The notes below the pieces were generated by a model. The model saw nothing but the letters and a program-made list of their open reading frames with translations, was not told where the DNA came from and searched no databases. The position numbers were made by a program, and so were the translations under genes. From contig OX597817.1 of NCBI GenBank assembly GCA_951406725.2, positions 63,426,001 to 63,490,000 of the forward strand: DNA of 64,000 nucleotides, given 5' to 3'. This DNA is from Octopus vulgaris. Taxonomy: Eukaryota. Positions 54,832-64,000 of this stretch are shown here, one piece after another. The number at the start of each line of letters is the position of its first letter. Positions within the stretch are counted from its first letter, which is position 1.

Positions 54832-55198
54832 TTGTTTCAGTCATTTGACTGCGGCCATGCTGGAGCGCCGCATTGAAAGGTTTTAGTCGAATGAATCAAC
54901 ACCAAGATTTATTTTTTTATACCTAGTACATATTCTATCAGGTTCTTTGCCGAACAGCTAAGTTTCAGGGATGTAAACACACCAACACCGGTTGTCAAGC
55001 AGTGATTGGGGAAAACACAGACAGACTCACACACACAAACACACACATATATATGACTAGATTCTTTCAGTTTCCGTCTTCCAAATCCATCCATAAGGCT
55101 TTGGTCCGCCCGAGGCCATAATAGAAGACAGTTGCCCAAGGTGTCACGCAGTGGGACTGAATCCGGAACTATGTGGTCGGGAAGCAAGTTTCTTACCA
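54832..55198 (-). mobile_element. SINE family A copy
   Basis: Reverse complement of family A. Confidence 0.85.
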
Positions 55199-55971
55199 TA
55201 TAGTCAATGTATATATACGTGCGTGTCCCCCTACCGCTTCACGACCGGTGTTCGTTTTGTTACGTGCCCGTGACTCAGTGTTCCAGCAAAAGAGAATGAC
55301 AGACCTTAGGTGTCTATTTGCTCGACTAAATCCCCTGAAAGCGATGCTGTGAGGGGTTTTAGTAAAAACAAGTAAAAGGGAAAAGATAAAATATAAAATA
55401 TATTTTGGAAGACTTTCCCTGAAGGAATCCATTTCAATTTTATTTTTTTTCATAAGCTTACGGGGGAAAATGAATTTAATTCAAACAAAACACCAAGAAC
55501 CAACCACAACAGCGTAATTCATTTTCGTTTCAAATCTTTTTCATTATATTCAATGCTTTATTCATATCATTCATCACAGTTCCTACATCATCACTGGTTA
55601 AAATTAATGCAATTTTTTCTCTCGCTATGTTTCATTAAAAAAAAAAAAAACTATTCCATCACCTTGTTTTTCTAATCTTTCTTGTCCTTCTTTCTTTCTT
55701 CCTTTCTTTCTTTTCTTTTTTTGATTTCATTTTTTTTTTGCATTCTTTTTTGCTTCTTCGTTTCCTTTTCATTTTTATTTTTCATTTTCTTTTTGATTCT
55801 TTCTATTAAATAGTTTCCTCTTTGCATCTCTTTATAGTTGATTGACACATAATTCAACACGTAAATTAACTAAAGATTATATATTCTTATTTTTTCTCAC
55901 CAGAAAAAGAAACCTTCTTCAGCTTTTAGAATAATCAATCATCCTTTTGTTCCGAACTGACAATATGTTCA

Positions 55972-56120
<149 letters not shown>

Positions 56121-56121
56121 T

Positions 56122-56203
<82 letters not shown>

Positions 56204-56317
56204 AAAAAATGGAAGTTGAAAATGTACTGAGAATAGTTAAAATACTTTTATTAATATATTAAAGCTTTAATTATGTCGCAGCTGTCTTGCTTCTGAAGCT
56301 TTGAAGCTTGCCCTATT

Positions 56318-56372
<55 letters not shown>

Positions 56373-56639
56373 TAAAGAACAAGTCTTACATATATGTATG
56401 CACATTTTATTAATTTGCCCGTACGGCTAGTATTCGCTAGCCACTAGTGATGGTATTTTCATCTCTCTCATATTTACTCATAAAGAATTTCACGCATTTC
56501 GTTTGTTTAAATGAATAAAAAAAAGGGAGAGAGTTGAGACACTGAGGAGAAAGAAAAGCAATACAATCATGCACATATATTTGATTTTTTATTACGGATG
56601 GGATGGGGGGCAAATTTTAGTAGTCGTTAGCTAGCAGAT

Positions 56640-56697
56640 TCTGGTTGAAGAGAATCAGGCTCCGTTTTGGTGCTAAATTCGAAACCATGGTGTCAGA
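56640..56697 (+). ncRNA. Decayed type I hammerhead motif
   Basis: TCTGG-TTGAAGA-GAAT...ATTC-GAA-ACCATGGT-G-TCAGA; position 17 is G, so likely inactive. Confidence 0.55.
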
Positions 56698-56781
56698 TTA
56701 AACAGAATTGTTTTTCCTGACCTAGCTGAAGTAAGACGATTTTATTGTTCATCGGAATTTTTTTCCGACTATGCCTGTATT

Positions 56782-56858
56782 AATTTTGTGACTATTCCGT
56801 GGCAAAGATGTATTTTTAACTTCTATTTTTAGCGATGCGGGTACTCATGTAGTTCTCT

Positions 56859-56919
<61 letters not shown>

Positions 56920-56929
56920 GTACACGTCT

Positions 56930-56961
<32 letters not shown>

Positions 56962-57013
56962 TGTATGTATGTATGTATGTATGTATGTATGTATGTATAT
57001 ATGTATGTATATA

Positions 57014-57049
<36 letters not shown>

Positions 57050-57059
57050 CATATATACA

Positions 57060-57091
<32 letters not shown>

Positions 57092-57205
57092 AGACGTGTA
57101 CGTATATATATATATATATATATACATAAGAGGACTACATGAGTACCCGCATCGCTAAAAATAGAAGTTAAAAATACATCTTTGCCACGGAATAGTCACA
57201 AAATT
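56782..57205. repeat. Inverted duplication that includes unique sequence and microsatellite
   Basis: 56782-56865 is the reverse complement of 57122-57205; tacgtacacgtcttatatgtatg is mirrored by catacatataagacgtgtacgta. Confidence 0.92.
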
Positions 57206-57228
57206 TGTATATATATATATATATATAC

Positions 57229-57424
57229 ACAACTTATAAACAAGGGCAAAAGTAATTATTTCCCTACCAATATGCTGATAACAGACTTTTAAATCGTCAA
57301 TTTCCACATATTATACTCACTACAGAAATACAGTGAGTATAATATGTGGAAATTGACGATTTAAAAGTCTGTTATCAGCATATTGACAGGGACATCATTT
57401 CTTTTGCCCTTGTTTATAAGTTGT
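57229..57424. repeat. Palindrome, ~93-bp arms, 10-nt loop
   Basis: acaacttataaacaagggcaaaag...tatactcact-acagaaatac-agtgagtata...cttttgcccttgtttataagttgt. Confidence 0.92.
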
Positions 57425-57513
57425 TTATAATTTAAAACTTTAAAGTTATTTTAATATGCTGCCACTTTTTGATGAATTTTTTCTGTAAAAAACTTCATCC
57501 TTTATTTGTAGTA

Positions 57514-57581
<68 letters not shown>

Positions 57582-57587
57582 ACTCTA

Positions 57588-57681
<94 letters not shown>

Positions 57682-57769
57682 GAAGTTTGGAAAGGAACAC
57701 GCGAGTTGATATATATGCAAAAAAAAAGTTAAGGTAGAAAATGCTAAAATAATTATATAAAAAACATTT

Positions 57770-57805
57770 CAGTACCGGTTTCAGTCATTGAGACTTTTTC
57801 AACTG
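57770..57805 (-). ncRNA. Minimal 36-nt type I hammerhead, U3-A8 core variant
   Basis: Minus strand CAG-TTGAAAA-AGTC-tcaat-GACT-GAA-ACCGGT-A-CTG: all three stems pair perfectly, GUA triplet. Confidence 0.7.
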
Positions 57806-57955
57806 CAAGTATGGAAAACGATTAAATTTATGGAAACAATTAAATCGTATATTTTTATAATTTTATTCACTACAATAATGTTTTGGAAATTTGCCGCTGC
57901 ATTCAAAATGGTCTATACACACATGGTGACGCAAGTATTTTTTAGCACTCAGTGA

Positions 57956-58013
57956 TACTCACTGATGAAGACTAATTGTTTATCACAGGGTTCGAAATTA
58001 CGGGATACGAGTA
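57956..58013 (+). ncRNA. Decayed type I hammerhead motif
   Basis: TACTC-a-CTGATGA-AGAC...GTTC-GAA-ATTACGGGAT-A-c-GAGTA. Confidence 0.5.
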
Positions 58014-58228
58014 CATCTGGGCACTCATTTGCGATTTTAGCTCGCTAACATAAGTTGTTTCTTATTATTTATTCGTTACCTCAAACTCACCACTGCGTAT
58101 AAGTGACTATGGTTTTTGAGTCGTTTTGACTCCTGTTTGTAGCAAAGCTGGTGCTATATAGTACCCTGATTATAAATTAATAATAATTTTTACCTTTATG
58201 GCTATTTTAATGCTTGCTAGTCACTTAT

Positions 58229-58405
<177 letters not shown>

Positions 58406-58629
58406 TAATAATAATATGTTTGTATATATATATATATATATATTTTGTGAAATAGAAAGATGAATAATCTTGTTGCAGATTAATCAAAAGTTTAACCGAT
58501 ACCTTGGTAGCAAAAATCACAGCAGAAGACGGCACGGTTGGAGGTACAACCATATGGTGTTGCAACCGTGCGTTGGTGCGGATAATTGAATTTTAATATT
58601 ATTAGTGAATTGAAGAAATGGAGTGGAAC

Positions 58630-58765
58630 GAAGATTGAACAGAAATCGTTTTATTGCATTCTACACGTGTTTCGAAAGGCACAATTTACCAAATTCCGGA
58701 ATTTGGTAAATTGTGCCTTTCGAAACACGTGTAGAATGCAATAAAACGATTTCTGTTCAATCTTC
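58630..58765. repeat. Perfect loop-less palindrome (68-bp arms) containing a hammerhead 3' half
   Basis: Centre ttcc|ggaa at 58697/58698; the arm reads ..cctttc-GAA-ACACGTGT-A-gaatgc. Confidence 0.92.
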
Positions 58766-59129
58766 ACTAATAATATTATATATATATATATATATATGAT
58801 AATTCTTAGAGCGAGTTATAAACAGTAGCTGCAACACATCGTGACGTATATTTGCCATTTATATATTTTCATATATATATATGAATGAGCAATAATAGTA
58901 GTATGTTGTATATGCTAGAAATTAGTTGTGAAATTTGACTTATTTAATGATATTGTTGATGCTACTTTGTCGAGATTATGTAGAGGCATGAAGGTGATCA
59001 GGAATTTCAGGCTCAATTTTTGTCAATTTTGAGTGTAGAGATCGGGTTTAACATTCATCTTGCTTATGTATCAGGATTTTATATGAATCAGTTGGAAGAA
59101 ACCTGCTCACATAAATATGTAGTGGGGAA

Positions 59130-59525
59130 TACTCTTTACTATTTACTCTTTTACTTGTTTCAGTCATTTGACTGTGACCATGCTGGAGCACCGCCTTTAG
59201 TCGAGCAAATCGACCCCAGGACTTATTCTTTGTAATCCTAGTACTTATTATATCGGTCTCTTTTGCCGAACCGCTAAGTGACGGGGACGTAAACACACCA
59301 GCATCGGTTGTCAAGCGATGTTGGGGGGACAAACACAGACACACAAACACACACACACACATATATACATATATATATATACATATATACGACGGGCTTC
59401 TTTCAGTTTCTGTCTACCAAATCCACTCACAAGGCTTTGGTCAGCCCGAGGCTATAGCAGAAGACACTTGCCCAAGGTCCCACGCAGTGGGACTGAACCA
59501 GGAACCACACAGCCACTCCTACGCC
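59130..59525 (-). mobile_element. SINE family A copy
   Basis: Reverse complement of family A with a small head deletion. Confidence 0.88.
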
Positions 59526-59749
59526 TGAGTAGCATTCAACATTTCAATATTTTGAATACCAACTCTGAGTACTCCTTTTTCATAAATAATTGAAAGTCTA
59601 CTGAAGCGACTCGAATGAAACTTGACTTGAGTGAAGTGTCACTAGAAATCTCAAGAAGACTATTTTCTTAATTTGAATTTAAATATGTTACAGTTTTTAC
59701 AATTACATGAAATAGGTCCCTAATGCAATTGTTATTGCTATCAAGAAGA

Positions 59750-61100
59750 GGTTAAAAATCATCCCTAAAGTTCTTCAAATATTACAGGTGCTGAATGAAA
59801 AGGGTTTATATTTCTTCAGGCAGATCATCATCAGAGCCGCAAAAGTGTTGGAAATGATTGAAACACATCGTTCTGCAAACGTTCAAACGTTCAAACCACA
59901 AATATTATTTCGTAATAATGGCTCACACTTTGTCTTCGCTTTTAAATTTCATTACGGATCTCCCTTGTAGACTAAAATTTAAGTAACTTAAATACATAAA
60001 AATGTCAGATACCTATATGCCACCTTAGATAGTTACAAAAAACTTATTGAACCAATATTTTTTTCATGACTACTCGAATATGTGGGTAATTATTTTTCTG
60101 TGAGTCATCCAACGCACTTCACAATGCAAGAGCAATTGTTGAAAGGCACTGCCTATGTCTTCTCAAAGGAAACGCTTAAAAATACGGATGAACTTTTATA
60201 AAATTCACTGCTTCCACTGCCTTCTCCAGTGTCGTCTTCACTTTCTTCGTAATTTTTCTTGCTGCCAATGTTTCTTCCTGTATGCAGTAATTAGTTCATT
60301 TAACATTTCGAGTATAATACTACGAATATTTGCCCTGAGTTCTCTGTATTTTCCTAACATTATAGGACCCCTACGCATTTTAACCGTATCCAATTCAATT
60401 GTCAATTATGAAGTTGACGATCCAATTCAATTGTCAATTATGAAGTTGTCCAAACTATTTAAAATAAGGTTCACTAGTCATGTGTGTTGGCAATGATTGG
60501 ATAAACAGAAAATCTTCATTAATCGCGCCATTAACTTCATACACTATGAATACAAACATATCGATACGGTTAAAAATATCCGCAAGGAATAATATTCACT
60601 TAATACATTCTTTTCACAAACTGATTTTTAACACTAGTAAACATGTCTTTTATTTGTCACTTCACAATTTTGATAACAGAATCCTGTGAAAAATTGAAAA
60701 TCCTTGAAAATTTGGCATTTGGTAGAATCAGCTCCTCTGCTGTTGGATGTGATTTTCTACTCTGCTATTAGATGAGACACTTCATACGATGGATGCTAAC
60801 ATCAACATTTTGTTATACCATTGTCACTTACTATTGTTTTCTATAGACTTTTGTCGTGAAAGTAGTTGTTTTATTTGGAAATATTCAACATATGTTTTCT
60901 TTGTGCTTTATTTCTAAGTATCGGCGAAATTTGGCAGGCTTCATGTTTTCAAAAAACAACGTTTCAAACACAAAACAGTCTTCTTTTAGCTTTCATGGCA
61001 GCTGTGTATAATTACAAAGGACATGTACTCATCACGTTTACGTGTTTTTCGACTTGATACTTGAGCCAGCATCTTTTCATTTGAACAGGTTACTTACTTA
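59750..61100 (-). mobile_element. Decayed hAT (Buster/Charlie-type) transposase remnant
   Basis: Minus strand at ~60095-60295 gives YCIQEETLAARKITKKVKTTLEKAVEAVNFIK and QQLLLHCEVRWMT (cf. HCxxHREALA..VNFIK and LLLHTEVRWLS); outer limits uncertain. Confidence 0.6.
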
Positions 61101-61250
61101 CCTGCATTTTCACTAACTTTTTGCTTTGATGTGTTTTCAATTTTTAACAAACAATCCTTAATCATCTAAGGATTATAAGGTGAAATATATAACATTTTTT
61201 ATCAGGTAGTAAACATCTTTTTCGGCTTAAGCTAAAATATAAAATTTTTT

Positions 61251-61328
<78 letters not shown>

Positions 61329-61332
<4 letters not shown>

Positions 61333-62588
61333 GTTGGCAACTAAGTTCCCGCCGTTGTTTTAAATTAAAGTTTTTTTAAAGGTTTAAAAAAAAAAAGAAT
61401 AATTAATCAATAATGTATTCACCCTTGCTGTTTACAAATTCTTCCCAATGTTCAATAAGATTTTCAATACCTCGTTGGTAGAAATCACCCAATTTCGACT
61501 CTAATTATTGATCCAACCAAGCTCTCAATTCTGTATCAGTATTGAACAAACCTCCGCGCATAGCATTTGAAAGAGATCGAAAGAGGTGGAAATCTGTTGG
61601 TGCCAAATCAGAAGAGTATGGCGGGTGTGGCACCACTTCCCAGCCATGCGTTTGAATGGCTTCCTTGGTCATATTGGCGATATGAGGGCGGGTGTTGTCG
61701 TGCAGTGAACTCCGTTTTGTCGATTAGGTCTTTTCTCTTGAATAGCCGTGTTGAGTCGTTCCGCCGTGTTGAGTCGTTCTCTTGAATAGCCGCGTTGACC
61801 GTTTGGTTCCGTTCAAGCAATTCGTAATGGATAATCCCTTCCCAGTCCCACCAAACGCACAACAGCGTTTTACGCGGAGGAAGAGCTTGTTATACGCGCG
61901 GTGTCGCTTGTTTACCGGGTGGGGGCACCACTTTTCGTCGGCAGTAACGATTCGGTAAAGAAATCGTTGCTTGTGTCCATGAGTTGAGCGGTGACGAGCA
62001 AGCAAACCAGTGGAGATTGTGGCTCGTTGATTTTTTTTGTTGTCACTTAAAGCATGCAGAACCCATGCACCATACTTTTGAACCTTTCCCATCGAGTGAA
62101 GATGTTTCTCTATAGCAGTGTGGGAGCATTCTATTTTCTCTGCCAGTTCCCATGTCATTTGATGAGAATTTTAGTGCAAAATTTGGTTTAATTGCTCTTT
62201 ATGGAACTCAACTGGACGACCAGAACGAGATGCGCTTTTGAAGTCAAAATTTCCATTTATGAACTTGGCGTACCAATCACGAGCGGTTTATTCAGCTATG
62301 GCATCCTCTCCATACACAGCACAAATGTCGAGAGCAGCTTTTGTGGCCTTAGAACCTTGATTAAAAGCAAAAAGAAAGGGTTGTCGAAAATGCTCGATTT
62401 TCTTAACTTGACATTCCATTTTAATGATCTGAAAATGAACAAAAATTAACTAAAATTAACTAGAAAAAAACGTAAAATAGATTCCAAAATGATTCAAAAA
62501 TAGAATTTTCAAAACAAAAAAAAATAGATTCCAAAATTTAAAAACACAATAAATTCCAAAATTTTAAAAAACGGCGGAAACTTAGTTG

Positions 62589-62592
<4 letters not shown>
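61329..62592 (-). mobile_element. Mariner element (DD34D) with both TIRs, inserted in (TA)n
   Basis: TIRs ttgggttggcaactaagttcccgccgtt / aacggcggaaacttagttgccaa; ~1.26 kb. Confidence 0.92.
61403..62419 (-). pseudogene. Mariner transposase pseudogene
   Basis: MECQVKKIEHFR start; GAWVLHAL, RFLYRIVTADEKW, CVWWDWEGIIHYELL, HPPYSSDLAPTDFHLFRSL; ends KGEYIID*; several frameshifts and deletions. Confidence 0.9.
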
Positions 62593-62629
<37 letters not shown>

Positions 62630-62650
62630 TCCTATATATATATATATATT

Positions 62651-62731
<81 letters not shown>

Positions 62732-63235
62732 TATATATGTATATATATGTATATGTATATATATGTATATGTATATATTTATATATGTACACACACACAC
62801 ACATATATATACATATATAAATCTATATATGTTTGCTTGTGCGCGTGTATGAAAGTGTGTGTGAGCGTGTGTTTTTGCGCTTTATCAAATACGTATTGGC
62901 GTTCGAGCTAAATATAAGTTATGTATTATTTTTTTACATTCTCTTCTTTATGCTTATTCTATAACAATAACGTTGCTAAACCGATAAACGTATGGAAAAC
63001 ATTATCAAGCTCATCTCTAGAATGAAATTATTACATTGGCATTAGTTTTGTCACATTTCTGTAATAGACTGCCAGGAATCATGGCAATGATCTTGTAAGT
63101 AATAAAATCAACAGTTCTGGATTAATTTGTTTAAGTGTTAACTTTTTTCTTACTTTCGTTGCTTACGTTTGTTATATCGGTCTGCTTATTTTGGGCTTAC
63201 ACACACACAAGATATATATACATATATAATATATA

Positions 63236-63303
<68 letters not shown>

Positions 63304-63350
63304 TTTTAAATTAGAGATAAAACCACTATTAGGCAAAAAAAAAAAAAAAA

Positions 63351-63498
63351 TTTTTTTATTAAACCTTTAAAAAAATTTTAATTTAAAACAACGGCGGGAA
63401 CTTAGTTGCCAACCCAATATATATATATATATATATGTATTATTTTAAAAAAAAGCTATATTTTAGCTTAAGCCGAAAAGATGTTTACTACCTGATAA
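63351..63498 (-). repeat. Inverted copy of 61199-61395 (host flank, (TA)n and mariner TIR)
   Basis: aaacaacggcgggaacttagttgccaacccaa..(TA)n..ttagcttaagccgaaaagatgtttactacctgataa is the reverse complement of 61199-61395. Confidence 0.9.
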
Positions 63499-63519
63499 TA
63501 TATATATATATATGATTTT

Positions 63520-64000
63520 GATTTTGATTTTGATTTTTCCAGTTTCAGCTAATGAGCTGTGGCCATGCTGGGGCGCCGCCATTTGGTTTGCTACACGATT
63601 TTACCTCACGGATGCTTTTTAGCAAACGCCATCTGATGCATGAGAGAGTTCGATGCAGCTGCCCTCATCTGCACCTCCTGCCGTGAAGTTGGTTCATCCG
63701 GGACATCTGACAGGAAGAGGTCCAGTCCTACTTTAAAGACATCCGCATCTACACCATGCAGGTTCCTTAGGTTCTTCGGGAGGATATTGAAGAGCCGTGG
63801 GCCTCTGAAGCCCAGGCTATCACAATATCTTGTCCTACATCTTGATGGCAAATTTGGAGTCCTTGGTACTACGCAGTGGCGTCCGGTTCTGGCATTTGTG
63901 TGACTCTCGATGCCAAAGTCTGGGACAAGACCTTCCAGGATCTTCCAGATATATATTTTGGCATATCTTTCTCGCCTACGCTCCAGGGGATAGAGCTTTA
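63520..64000 (-). mobile_element. CR1-group LINE 3' end, running off the window
   Basis: LYPLERRRERYAKIYIWKILEGLVP, GPRLFNILPKNLRNL..FKVGLDLFLSDVPDEP; 3' ggcggcgccccagcatggccacagctcattagctgaaact plus (AAAATC)n tail. Confidence 0.9.

Noticed and set aside
60389-60448. 28-bp direct duplication tccaattcaattgtcaattatgaagttg
   Set aside because: An ordinary local slippage duplication inside a decayed hAT remnant.

Overview
Eukaryotic, AT-rich, extremely microsatellite-dense non-coding DNA. The SINE families and repeat landscape look like an octopus (coleoid cephalopod) genome; this is recognition from memory, not a database result. No intact host protein-coding gene can be supported, and almost all supplied ORFs are translations of (TA)n/(CA)n/(TATC)n/(TACA)n tracts. 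The window holds about 25 copies of three tRNA-type SINE families, decayed LINE fragments (CR1-group, HERO-like, L1/Tx1-like, RTE-like) and decayed DNA transposons (mariner, Tc1, hAT). The most interesting signal is about 14 hammerhead-ribozyme (HHR)-like motifs, canonical and with variant cores (U3-A8, C4, U6), in short non-coding repeat fragments that mostly sit in or next to (TA)n tracts. These fragments often form fold-back palindromes centred on the ribozyme, or are fused to copies of DNA from 0.3-2 kb away. The best example is a ~507-nt circularly permuted monomer with a canonical type I HHR, present in both orientations at 48823-50188 (Penelope pseudo-LTR or retrozyme-like). All folds were paired by eye; coordinates of decayed elements are approximate.
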